64,000 bases of DNA. Origin: Eledone cirrhosa. Lineage: Eukaryota. Below, piece by piece: positions 46,101 to 61,100 of the stretch (positions within the stretch are counted from its first letter, which is position 1; every line of letters starts with the position of its first letter). The notes under the pieces were generated by a model. That model ran no database searches and was not told the origin of the DNA. It was given only the letters and a program-made list of their open reading frames with translations. Both the position numbers and the translations under genes were made by a program. Location of the stretch: assembly GCA_964016885.1 (NCBI GenBank), contig OZ024748.1, forward strand, positions 26,226,001 to 26,290,000, given 5' to 3'.

Positions 46101-49100
46101 AGAGTTACAACACCTACCATCACAACTACAGGTGCAACACCTACCACAACACTTGCAGTTACAACACCTACCACAACTATAGGTACAGCACCTACCACAA
46201 CAACTACACGTACAACACCTGCCGCGACAACTACAGGTACAACACCTGCCGTGACAACTACAGGTACAACACCTACCACAACTACAGGTACAACACCTGC
46301 CACAACAACTACAGTTATAACACCTACCAAGACAACTACAGGTACGACACCTACAGTTACAACACCTACCACAACAGTTACAGGTACAACACCGACAGTT
46401 ACAACACCTACCACAACAAGAACAGGTACAACACCTACCACACCTACCATAAAAACTACAGGTACAACACCTACCACAACAACTACAGGTACAACACCTA
46501 CCACGACCACTACAGATACAACACCTACCACAACAACTACAGCTACAACACCTACCACAACAACTACAGGTACAACATCTAACACAACAACTACATATAC
46601 AACACCTACCATAACAACTACAGGTACAACAACTACGGGTACAACACCTACCACGACCACTACAGATACAACACCTACCATAACAACTACAGGTACAACA
46701 CCTGCCATAACAGTTACAGGGACAACACCCAACACAACAACTACAGGTACAACACCTATCATAACAACTAGAGGTACAACACCTCCCATAACAGCTACAG
46801 GTACAACACCTAGCGCAACTACAGGTACAACACCTACCAGAACAGTTAGAGGTAGAACACCTACCATATCACTTACAGGTACAACACCTACCGTATCACC
46901 TACAGTTACAACACCTACCGCAACAACAGTTACAACACCTAGCACAACTACAGGTACAACACCAACCACGAGAACTACAGGTTCAACACCTACCAGAACA
47001 ACAGCAGGTACAACACCTACCATAACAACTACAGGTACAACACCTACCATCACAACTACAGGTGCAACACCTACCACAACAATTGCAGTTACAACACCTA
47101 CCACAACAACTACAGGTACAGCACCTACCACAACAACTACACGTACAACACCTACGACAACATCTACACGTACAACACCTACCACAACTACAGGTAAAAC
47201 ACCTACCACAACAACTACAGGTACAACACCTACCACAACAACAGGTACAACACCTACCATGACAGCTACAGGTACAACAACTACCACAACAACTACAGGT
47301 ACAGCACCTACCATAAAAACAACAGTTACAACACCTACCACAACAACTACAGGTACAACATCTACCATGACAGCTACAGGTACAACACCTACCACAACAA
47401 CTACAGCTACAACCCCTACCATAAAAACAACAGTTACAACACCTACCACAACAGCTAGAGGTACAACACCTACCATGACAACTACAGTTACAACACCTAC
47501 CACAACAATTACAGATACAACCCCTACCACAACAACTACAGGTACAATACCTTCCACAACAACAAGTACAACAGCTACAGGTACAACACCTACCACAACA
47601 ACTACAGGTACAACAACTACCATAAAAACAACAGGTACAACACCTACCTCAACAACTACAGGTACAACACCTAACACAACAACTACAGGTACAACACCTA
47701 CCACAACAACTACAGGAACAACACCAACCATGAAAACTACAGGTACAACACCTACCATGACAGTTACAGGTACAACACCTACCACAACAACTACAGGTAC
47801 AACACCTACCATGACAGCTACAGGTACAACACCTACCACAAAAACTACAGGTACAACACCTATCATGCAAACTACAGGTACAACACCTACCATGACAGTT
47901 ACAGGTACAAAACCTACCACAACAACTACAGGTACAACACCTACCACAACTGCAGGTACAAAACCTACCACAACAATTACAGGTACAACCCCTACCACAA
48001 CAACTACAGGTACAACACCTACCACAACAACTACAGGTAGAACACCTACCACAACAACAAGTACAATACCTACAACAACACCTACCATGACAACTACAGG
48101 TACAACACGTACTAAAACAACTACAGGTACAACACGTACTAAAACAACTACAGGTACAACACCTACCATAACAACTACAGGTACAACACCTACCATGACC
48201 GCTACAGGTACAACACCTTCCACAACAACACCTACCATGACAACTACAGGTACAACACCTACCATAACAACTACAGGTGCAACACCTACCGCAACAACTA
48301 CAGGTACAACACCTATCATAACAGCTACAGGTACAACACCTGCTACACGTACAAAACCTACCACAACAACTACAGTTACAACACCTACCTCAACAGTTCC
48401 GGGTACAACACCCACCATGACAACTGCAGGTACAACAACTACCACGACAGCTACAACACCTACCATAAGAACTACAGGTACAACACCTACCACAACAGCT
48501 ACAGGTACAACACCTGCCACAACAGCTACCGGTACAACACCTACCACAACAACAAATACAACGACTACCACAACAACTACAGCTACAACACCTACGATGA
48601 CAGCTATAGGTAAAAATCTTACCACAACTCCAATTGTGACACTTTTAGCAACAGCTATAGATGAAATGAGAACAACACACATTAAACAAACTACAACATC
48701 TATATTACCAAGCAACAATACAACACTGTTTCTAGAAACATTAACACCCAATATAACAACACAATCAACACCAGAAATGGTAACAATAGAATTAACAAGT
48801 AAAACAAAGGGACTGAATATGACTGAATCTATATTGAAACCATTTCATAATGAAACAACCAAATGGATAGAGGAGGACGAAATTAATAAAATATTATTAA
48901 ATGAAACTACTACAGAAGGAATAACCAGAAATCCATTATTAACAAAACTAATAACACAGCCCATACATGAAACAACAGAAATAAAAGGTTTAAACATAAC
49001 AGAAGCTACAAAACTATATAAAGAAATAACAGGGAGGACAGGAACAGAAGCCTCATATAATAAAACAATAACAAAAGATAAAACATATGATGGCACAACA

Positions 49101-52100
49101 AAAGCGGCAGTAATTACAGAGGGAATATTAAAAAGCTCTGCAGACACAATTGTAGGGGGAAAAGAATCTACAGACCAAATAGCCACTAAAACAACATTGA
49201 CGAAAATACGTACTGGAGAATTTACACCTAAAATAGAGATAGTCTCCAAAGCTACAATATCGGACCACTTTCAAGTCACGACACCAATCAGTAAAAACGT
49301 AACCCACACAGAAATTACAAAAAAAGCAAAAATAACAATAAGAAACCAGACAGCAGAGGAGGAATTGTTTATACCAACAGCGACAACTCTAGAGAAAAAA
49401 GCTCAAATGACTACGGAAACGACAACTAAAGAACAACAGAGAACTAGTATAGAATATAGGAATAAAACATCCACAGAAAAAACACACAAATTTACAACGC
49501 AGGCAAGGAAAACAGAAATCCTCAATAAAACATTCATAGAAAATACAACAACAACAGCAACAGCAAAGTTTACATCAACGAGTCAAATTCAAAGAAATAC
49601 TGCTAAATATATAGCACTGAGTAGCACATCTGAAACGACCAGTGTTTCATCTACTGAACACACCTATATAACACCATCTACAGACAAAACTACTAGCATT
49701 AAGTATACAACTGAGACATCAACTGAAAAACCACTACCTATCAAGACACCTACAAGCACAGCTGAAAAGATCACTGAAACAGCAACAACATCACAGCTTC
49801 CTTCAACAAGTGAAATCCATATAGAAACTCCTAAATCTACTTCTGAACTACCTCATATAACTGACATTGAAACAAGTACAGTCGAAAGAACAACACAAAT
49901 GACAGATATTGAAACTGAACGCACAACTCAGACAGAAATTACACCACAACTAACAACATCTCCTGAAGAAACAACTCTGTCTACTCAGGTAGAGGACATC
50001 GTAAAGGTGACACCAACACAAGTTGCTAGCACAATGCATACATCACCTGAAACAACAGTTGTTTCATCTCCTGAACAAACCTCTATAACACCTACAGATG
50101 AACTTACTAGTGTTGAATATACAACTGAGACATCAACTGAAAAACCACTACCTATCAACACACCTACAAGCACAGCAGAAAAGATCACTGAAACTATAAC
50201 AGACACAACAGCAACAACATCACAGCTTCCTTCAACAAGTGAAATCCATATAGAAACTCCTAAATCTACTTCTGAACTGCCTCATATAAGTGAGATTGAA
50301 ACAAGTACAGTGGAAAGAACAACACAAATGACAGATATTGAAACTGAACGCACAACTCAGACAGAAATTACACCACAACTAACAACATCTCCTGAAGAAA
50401 CAACTCTGTCTACTCAGGTAGAGGACATCGTAAAGGTGAGACCAACACAAGTTGCTAGCACAATGCATACATCACCTGAAACAACAGTTGTTTCATCTCC
50501 TGAACACACCTCTATAACACCATCTACACACAAACTTACTAGTATTGAATATACAACTGAGATAACAACTGAAAAATCACTACCTATGACAACACCAACA
50601 AGCACAGCAGAAAAGATCACTGAAATTAGAACAGACACAACAGCAACGACATCACAGCTTCCTTCAACAAGTGAAATCCATATAGAAACTCCTAAATCTA
50701 CTTCTGAACTGCCTCATATAACTGACATTGAAACAAGTACAGTGGAAAGAACAACACAACTTACAGATATTGAAACTGAGCGCACAACTCAGACAGAACT
50801 TACACCACAACAAACAAGATCTCCTGAAGAAACCACTCTGTCTACTCAGGTAGAGGACATCAAAAGAGTGACAGCAACACAAGTTGCTAGCACAATGCAT
50901 ACATCACCTGAAACAACAGTTGTTTCATCTCCTGAACACACTTCTATAACACCTACAGATGAACTCACTATTAAAGAATACACAACTGAAACATCAACTG
51001 AAAAATCACTACCTATGACAACACCTACAAGCACAACAGAAAAGATCACTGAAACTATAACAGACACAACAGCAACAACATCACAGCTTCCTTCAACAAG
51101 TGAAATCCATATAGAAACTCCTAAATCTACTTCTGAACTGCCTCATATAACAGACATTGAAACAAGTACAGTGGAAAGAACAACACAAGTTACAGATATT
51201 GAAACTGAGCGCACAACTCAGAAAGAAATTACACCACAACAAACAACATCTCCTGAAGAAACAACACTGTCTACTCAGGTAGAGGACATCGTAAAGGTGA
51301 CACCAACACAAGTTGCTAGCACAATGCATACATCACCTGAAACAAAAGTTGTTTCATCTCCTGAACACACTTCTATAACACCTACAGATGAACTCACTAT
51401 TAAAGAATACACAACTGAGACATCAACTGAAAAATCACTACCTATGACAACACCTACAAGCACAGCAGAAAAGATCCCTGAAACTATAACAGACACAACA
51501 GCAACAACATCACAGCTTCCTTCAACAAGTGAAATCCATATAGAAACTCCTAAATCTACTTCTGAACTGCCTCATATAACAGACATTGAAACAAGTACAG
51601 TGGAAAGAACAACACAAGTTACAGATATTGAAACTGAGCGCACAACTCAGACAGAAATTACACCACAACAAACAACATCTCCTGAAGAAACAACTCTGTC
51701 TACTCAGGTAGAGGAAATCGAAAAGGTGACACCAACACAAGTTGCTAGCACAATGCATACATCACCTGAAACAACAGTTGTTTCATCTCCAGAACACACC
51801 TCTATAACACCTACATATGAACTTACTAGTATTGAATATACAACTGAGACATCAACTGAAAAACCACTACCTATGACAACACCTACAAGCACAGCTGAAA
51901 AGATCACTGAAACTATACCAGACACAACAGCAACAACATCACAGCTTCCTTCAACAAGTGAAATCCATATAGAAACTCCTAAATCTACTTCTGAACTGCC
52001 TCATATAACACACATTGAAACAAGTACAGTGGAAAGAACAACACAAGTTACAGATATTGAAACTGAGCGCACAACTCAGACAGAAATTACACCACAACAA

Positions 52101-55100
52101 ACAACATCTCCTGAAGAAACAACACTGTCTACTCAGGTAGAGGACATCGTAAAGGTGACACCAACACAAGTTGCTAGCACAATGCATACATCACCTGAAA
52201 CAACAGTTGTTTCATCTCCTGAACACACTTCTATAACACCTACAGATGAACTCACTATTAAAGAATACACAACTGAGACATCAACTGAAAAATCACTACC
52301 TATGACAACACCTACAAGCACAGCAGAAAAGATCACTGAAACTATAACAGACACAACAGCAACAACATCACAGCTTCCTTCAACAAGTGAAATCCATATA
52401 GAAACTCCTAAATCTACTTCTGAACTGCCTCATATAACAGACATTGAAACAAGTACAGTGGAAAGAACAACACAAGTTACAGATATTGAAACTGAGCGCA
52501 CAACTCAGACAGAAATTACACCACAACAAACAACATCTCCTGAAGAAACAACTCTGTCTACTCAGGTAGAGGAAATCGAAAAGGTGACACCAACACAAGT
52601 TGCTAGCACAATGCATACATCACCTGAAACAACAGTTGTTTCATCTCCTGAACAAACCTCTATAACACCTACAGATGAACTTACTAGTGTTGAATATACA
52701 ACTGAGACATCAACTGAAAAACCACTACCTATCAAGACACCTACAAGCACAGCAGAAAAGATCACTGAAACTATAACAGACACAACAGCAACAACATCAC
52801 AGCTTCCTTCAACAAGTGAAATCCATATAGAAACTCCTAAATCTACTTCTGAACTGCCTCATATAACAGACATTGAAACAAGTACAGTGGAAAGAACAAC
52901 ACAAGTTACAGATATTGAAACTGAGCGCACAACTCAGACAGAAATTACACCACAACAAACAACATCTCCTGAAGAAACAACACTGTCTACTCAGGTAGAG
53001 GACATCGTAAAGGTGACACCAACACAAGTTGCTAGCACAATGCATACATCACCTGAAACAACAGTTGTTTCATCTCCTGAACACACTTCTATAACACCTA
53101 CAGATGAACTCACTATTAAAGAATACACAACTGAGACATCAACTGAAAAATCACTACCTATGACAACACCTACAAGCACAGCAGAAAAGATCACTGAAAC
53201 TATAACAGACACAACAGCAACAACATCACAGCTTCCTTCAACAAGTGAAATCCATATAGAAACTCCTAAATCTACTTCTGAACTGCCTCATATAACAGAC
53301 ATTGAAACAAGTACAGTGGAAAGAACAACACAAGTTACAGATATTGAAACTGAGCGCACAACTCAGACAGAAATTACACCACAACAAACAACATCTCCTG
53401 AAGAAACAACTCTGTCTACTCAGGTAGAGGAAATCGAAAAGGTGACACCAACACAAGTTGCTAGCACAATGCATACATCACCTGAAACAACAGTTGTTTC
53501 ATCTCCTGAACACACCTCTATAACACCATCTACACACAAACTTACTAGTATTGAATATACAACTGAGATAACAACTGAAAAATCACTACCTATGACAACA
53601 CCAACAAGCACAGCAGAAAAGATCACTGAAATTAGAACAGACACAACAGCAACGACATCACAGCTTCCTTCAACAAGTGAAATCCATATAGAAACTCCTA
53701 AATCTACTTCTGAACTGCCTCATATAACAGACATTGAAACAAGTACAGTGGAAAGAACAACACAAGTTACAGATATTGAAACTGAGCGCACAACTCAGAC
53801 AGAAATTACACCACAACAAACAACATCTCCTGAAGAAACAACTCTGTCTACTCAGGTAGAGGAAATCGAAAAGGTGACACCAACACAAGTTGCTAGCACA
53901 ATGCATACATCACCTGAAACAACAGTTGTTTCATCTCCTGAACACACCTCTATAACACCATCTACACACAAACTTACTAGTATTGAATATACAACTGAGA
54001 TAACAACTGAAAAATCACTACCTATGACAACACCAACAAGCACAGCAGAAAAGATCACTGAAATTAGAACAGACACAACAGCAACGACATCACAGCTTCC
54101 TTCAACAAGTGAAATCCATATAGAAACTCCTAAATCTACTTCTGAACTGCCTCATATAACAGACATTGAAACAAGTACAGTGGAAAGAACAACACAATTT
54201 ACAGATATTGAAACTGAACGCACAACTCAGACAGAAATTACACCACAACTAACAACATCTCCTGAAGAAACAACACTGTCTACTCAGGTAGAGGACATCG
54301 TAAAGGTGACACCAACACAAGTTGCTAGCACAATGCATACAACAACTGAAACAACAGTTGTTTCATCTATTGAACAAACCTCTGTAGCACCATCTTCAGA
54401 GGAACTCACTAGTATAAAATATACAACTGAGACATCAACTGAAAAATCACTACCTACAATAACACCGACAAGCACAGCAGAAAAGATCACTGAAACTATA
54501 ACAGACACAACAACAACAACATCACAGCTTCCTTCAACAAGTGAAATCCATATAGAAACTCCTAAATCTACTTCTGAACAGCCTCATATAAGTGAGATTG
54601 AAACAAGTACAGTGGAAAGAACAACACAATTTACAGATATTGAAACTGAACGCACAACTCAGACAGAACTTACACCACAACAAACAAGATCTCCTGAAGA
54701 AACAACTCTGTCTACTCAGGTAGAGGACATCGAAAAGGTGAAACCAACACAAGTTGCTAGCACAATGCATACATCACCTGAAACAACAGTTGTTTCATCT
54801 CCAAAACACACCTCTATAACACCTACAGATGAACTTATTAGTATTGAATATACAACTGAGACATCAACTGAAAAACCACTACCTATCAAGACACCTACAA
54901 GCACAGCAGAAAAGATCACTGAAACTAGAACAGACACAACAGCAACAACATCACAGGTTCCTTCAACAAGTGAAATCCATATAGAAACTCCTAAATCTAC
55001 TTCTGAACTGCCTCATATAACTGACATTGAAACAAGTACAGTGGAAAGAACAACACAACTTACAGATATTGAAACTGAGCGCACAACTCAGACAGAACTT

Positions 55101-58100
55101 ACACCACAACAAACAAGATCTCCTGAAGAAACAACTCTGTCTACTCAGGTAGAGGACATCAAAAGAGTGACAGCAACACAAGTTGCTAGCACAATGCATA
55201 CATCACCTGAAACAACAGTTGTTTCATCTCCTGAACACACTTCTATAACACCTACAGATGAACTCACTATTAAAGAATACACAACTGAAACATCAACTGA
55301 AAAATCACTACCTATGACAACACCTACAAGCACAGCAGAAAAGATCACTGAAACTAGAACAGACACAACAGCAACAACATCACAGCTTCCTTCAACAAGT
55401 GAAATCCATATAGAAACTCCTAAATCTACTTCTGAACTGCCTCATATAACTGACATTGAAACAAGTACAGAGGAAAGAACAACACAAGTTACAGATATTG
55501 AAACTGAGCACACAACTCAGACAGAAATTACACCACAACAAACAACATCTCCTGAAGAAACAACTCTGTCTACTCAGGTAGAGGAAATCGAAAAGGTGAC
55601 ACCAACACAAGTTGCTAGCACAATGCATACATCACCTGAAACAACAGTTGTTTCATCTCCTGAACACACTTCTATAACACCTACAGATGAACTCACTATT
55701 AAAGAATACACAACTGAGACATCAACTGAAAAATCACTACCTATGACAACACCTACAAGCACAGCAGAAAAGATCACTGAAACTATAACAGACACAACAG
55801 CAACAACATCACAGCTTCCTTCAACAAGTGAAATCCATATAGAAACTCCTAAATCTACTTCTGAACTGCCTCATATAACAAACATTGAAACAAGTACAGT
55901 GGAAAGAACAACACAAGTTACAGATATTGAAACTGAGCGCACAACTCAGACAGAAATTACACCACAACAAACAACATCTCCTGAAGAAACAACTCTGTCT
56001 ACTCAGGTAGAGGAAATCGAAAAGGTGACACCAACACAAGTTGCTAGCACAATGCATACATCACCTGAAACAACAGTTGTTTCATCTCCTGAACAAACCT
56101 CTATAACACCTACAGATGAACTTACTAGTGTTGAATATACAACTGAGACATCAACTGAAAAACCACTACCTATCAAGACACCTACAAGCACAGCAGAAAA
56201 GATCACTGAAACTATAACAGACACAACAGCAACAACATCACAGCTTCCTTCAACAAGTGAAATCCATATAGAAACTCCTAAATCTACTTCTGAACTGCCT
56301 CATATAACAGACATTGAAACAAGTACAGTGGAAAGAACAACACAAGTTACAGATATTGAAACTGAGCGCACAACTCAGACAGAAATTACACCACAACAAA
56401 CAACATCTCCTGAAGAAACAACACTGTCTACTCAGGTAGAGGACATCGTAAAGGTGACACCAACACAAGTTGCTAGCACAATGCATACATCACCTGAAAC
56501 AACAGTTGTTTCATCTCCTGAACACACTTCTATAACACCTACAGATGAACTCACTATTAAAGAATACACAACTGAGACATCAACTGAAAAATCACTACCT
56601 ATGACAACACCTACAAGCACAGCAGAAAAGATCACTGAAACTATAACAGACACAACAGCAACAACATCACAGCTTCCTTCAACAAGTGAAATCCATATAG
56701 AAACTCCTAAATCTACTTCTGAACTGCCTCATATAACAGACATTGAAACAAGTACAGTGGAAAGAACAACACAAGTTACAGATATTGAAACTGAGCGCAC
56801 AACTCAGACAGAAATTACACCACAACAAACAACATCTCCTGAAGAAACAACTCTGTCTACTCAGGTAGAGGAAATCGAAAAGGTGACACCAACACAAGTT
56901 GCTAGCACAATGCATACATCACCTGAAACAACAGTTGTTTCATCTCCTGAACACACCTCTATAACACCATCTACACACAAACTTACTAGTATTGAATATA
57001 CAACTGAGATAACAACTGAAAAATCACTACCTATGACAACACCAACAAGCACAGCAGAAAAGATCACTGAAATTAGAACAGACACAACAGCAACGACATC
57101 ACAGCTTCCTTCAACAAGTGAAATCCATATAGAAACTCCTAAATCTACTTCTGAACTGCCTCATATAACAGACATTGAAACAAGTACAGTGGAAAGAACA
57201 ACACAAGTTACAGATATTGAAACTGAGCGCACAACTCAGACAGAAATTACACCACAACAAACAACATCTCCTGAAGAAACAACTCTGTCTACTCAGGTAG
57301 AGGAAATCGAAAAGGTGACACCAACACAAGTTGCTAGCACAATGCATACATCACCTGAAACAACAGTTGTTTCATCTCCTGAACACACCTCTATAACACC
57401 ATCTACACACAAACTTACTAGTATTGAATATACAACTGAGATAACAACTGAAAAATCACTACCTATGACAACACCAACAAGCACAGCAGAAAAGATCACT
57501 GAAATTAGAACAGACACAACAGCAACGACATCACAGCTTCCTTCAACAAGTGAAATCCATATAGAAACTCCTAAATCTACTTCTGAACTGCCTCATATAA
57601 CAGACATTGAAACAAGTACAGTGGAAAGAACAACACAATTTACAGATATTGAAACTGAACGCACAACTCAGACAGAAATTACACCACAACTAACAACATC
57701 TCCTGAAGAAACAACACTGTCTACTCAGGTAGAGGACATCGTAAAGGTGACACCAACACAAGTTGCTAGCACAATGCATACAACAACTGAAACAACAGTT
57801 GTTTCATCTATTGAACAAACCTCTGTAGCACCATCTTCAGAGGAACTCACTAGTATAAAATATACAACTGAGACATCAACTGAAAAATCACTACCTACAA
57901 TAACACCGACAAGCACAGCAGAAAAGATCACTGAAACTATAACAGACACAACAACAACAACATCACAGCTTCCTTCAACAAGTGAAATCCATATAGAAAC
58001 TCCTAAATCTACTTCTGAACAGCCTCATATAAGTGAGATTGAAACAAGTACAGTGGAAAGAACAACACAATTTACAGATATTGAAACTGAACGCACAACT

Positions 58101-61100
58101 CAGACAGAACTTACACCACAACAAACAAGATCTCCTGAAGAAACAACTCTGTCTACTCAGGTAGAGGACATCGAAAAGGTGAAACCAACACAAGTTGCTA
58201 GCACAATGCATACATCACCTGAAACAACAGTTGTTTCATCTCCAAAACACACCTCTATAACACCTACAGATGAACTTATTAGTATTGAATATACAACTGA
58301 GACATCAACTGAAAAACCACTACCTATCAAGACACCTACAAGCACAGCAGAAAAGATCACTGAAACTAGAACAGACACAACAGCAACAACATCACAGGTT
58401 CCTTCAACAAGTGAAATCCATATAGAAACTCCTAAATCTACTTCTGAACTGCCTCATATAACTGACATTGAAACAAGTACAGTGGAAAGAACAACACAAC
58501 TTACAGATATTGAAACTGAGCGCACAACTCAGACAGAACTTACACCACAACAAACAAGATCTCCTGAAGAAACAACTCTGTCTACTCAGGTAGAGGACAT
58601 CAAAAGAGTGACAGCAACACAAGTTGCTAGCACAATGCATACATCACCTGAAACAACAGTTGTTTCATCTCCTGAACACACTTCTATAACACCTACAGAT
58701 GAACTCACTATTAAAGAATACACAACTGAAACATCAACTGAAAAATCACTACCTATGACAACACCTACAAGCACAGCAGAAAAGATCACTGAAACTAGAA
58801 CAGACACAACAGCAACAACATCACAGCTTCCTTCAACAAGTGAAATCCATATAGAAACTCCTAAATCTACTTCTGAACTGCCTCATATAACTGACATTGA
58901 AACAAGTACAGAGGAAAGAACAACACAAGTTACAGATATTGAAACTGAGCACACAACTCAGACAGAAATTACACCACAACAAACAACATCTCCTGAAGAA
59001 ACAACAGTGTCTACTCAGGTAGAGGACATCGTAAAGGTGACACCAACACAAGTTGCTAGCACAATGCATACAACAACTGAAACAACAGTTGTTTCATCTA
59101 TTGAACAAACCTCTGTAGCACCATCTTCAGAGGAACTCACTAGTATAAAATATACAACTGAGACATCAACTGAAAAATCACTACCTACAATAACACCAAC
59201 AAGCACAGCAGAAAAGATCACTGAAACTATAACAGACACAACAACAACAACATCACAGCTTCCTTCAACAAGTGAAATCCATATAGAAACTCCTAAATCT
59301 ACTTCTGAACTGCCTCATATAAGTGAGATTGAAACAAGTACAGTGGAAAGAACAACACAATTTACAGATATTGAAACTGAACGCACAACTCAGACAGAAA
59401 TTACACCACAACTAACAACATCTCCTGAAGAAACCACTCTGTCTACTCAGTTAGAGGACATCAAAAGAGTGACAGCAACACAAGTTGCTAGCACGATGCA
59501 TACATCACCTGAAACAACAGTTGTTTCATCTCCTGAACACACCTCTATAACACCTACAGATGAACTCACTAGTATTGAATATACAACTGAGACATCAACT
59601 GAAAAATCACTACCTATGACAACACCTACAAGCACAGTAGAAAAAATCACTGAAACTAGAACAGACACAACAGCAACAACATCACAGCTTCCTTCAACAA
59701 GTGAAATCCATATAGAAACTCCTAAATCTACTTCTGAACTGCCTCATATAAGTGACATTGAAACAAGTACAGTGGAAAGAACAACACAAATTACAGATAT
59801 TGAAACTGAGCGCACAACTCAGATAGAAATTACACCACAGCAAACAACATCTCCTGAAGAAACAACACTGTCTACTCAGGTAGAGGACATCGTAAAGGTG
59901 ACACCAACACAAGTTGCTAGCACAATGCATACATCACCTGAAACAACAGTTGTTTCATCTCCTGAACACACCTCTATAACACCTACAGATGAACTTACTA
60001 GTATTGAATATACAACTGAGACATCAACTGAAAAACCACTACCTATCAAGACACCTACAAGCACAGCAGAACTGATCACTGAAACTAGAACAGACACAAC
60101 AGCAACAACATCACAGCTTCCTTCAACAAGTGATATCCATATAGAAACTCCTAAATCTACTTCTGAACTGCCTCATATAACTGACGTTGAAACAAGTACA
60201 GTGGAAAGAACAACACAAGTTACAGATATTGAAACTGAACGCACAACTCAGACAGAACTTACACCACAACAAACAAGATCTCCTGAAGAAACCACTCTGC
60301 CTACTCAGGTAGAGGACATCGAAAGAGTGACAGCAACACAAGTTGCTAGCACAAGGCATACATCACCTGAAACAACAGTTGTTTCATCTCCTGAACACAC
60401 TTCTATGACACCTACACATGAACTCACTATTAAAGAATACAAAACCGAGACATCAACTGAAAAATCACTACCTATGACAACACCTACAAGCACATCAGAA
60501 AAGATCACTGAAACTAGAACAGACACAACAGCAACAACATCACAGCTTCCTTCAACAAGTGAAATTCATATTGAAACTCCTAAATCTACTTCTGAACTGC
60601 CTCATATAACTGACATTGAAACAAGTACAGTGGAAAGAACAACACAAGTTACAGATATTGAAACTGAGCGCACAACTCAGACAGAACTTACACCACAACA
60701 AACAAGATCTCCTGAAGAAACCACTCTGTCTACTCAGGTAGAGGACATCGTAAAGGTGACACCAACACAAGTTGCTAGCACAATGCATACATCACCTGAA
60801 ACAACAGTTGTTTCATCTCCTGAACACACCTCTATAACACCTACAGATGAACTTACTAGTATTGAATATACAACTGAGAGATCAACTGAAAAATCACTAC
60901 CTATGACAACACCTACAAGCACAGCAGAAAAGATCACTGAAACTAGAACAGACACAACAGCAACAACATCACAGCTTCCTTCAACAAGTGAAATCCATAT
61001 AGAGACTCATAAATCTACTTCTGAACTGCCTCATATAAGTGACATTGAAACAAGTACAGTGGAAAGAACAACACATATTACAGATATTGAAACTGAGCGC

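Noticed and set aside
28629-47870. Cys-rich metallothionein/keratin-associated-like minus ORFs and Gln-rich plus ORFs
   Set aside because: Alternative frames of the Thr repeat (ACA reversed is TGT)
28205-48751. 2825-aa and 4015-aa Val-rich minus-strand ORFs
   Set aside because: Antisense shadows of ACN Thr codons; broken by stops, while the plus frame has splice signals and stays open
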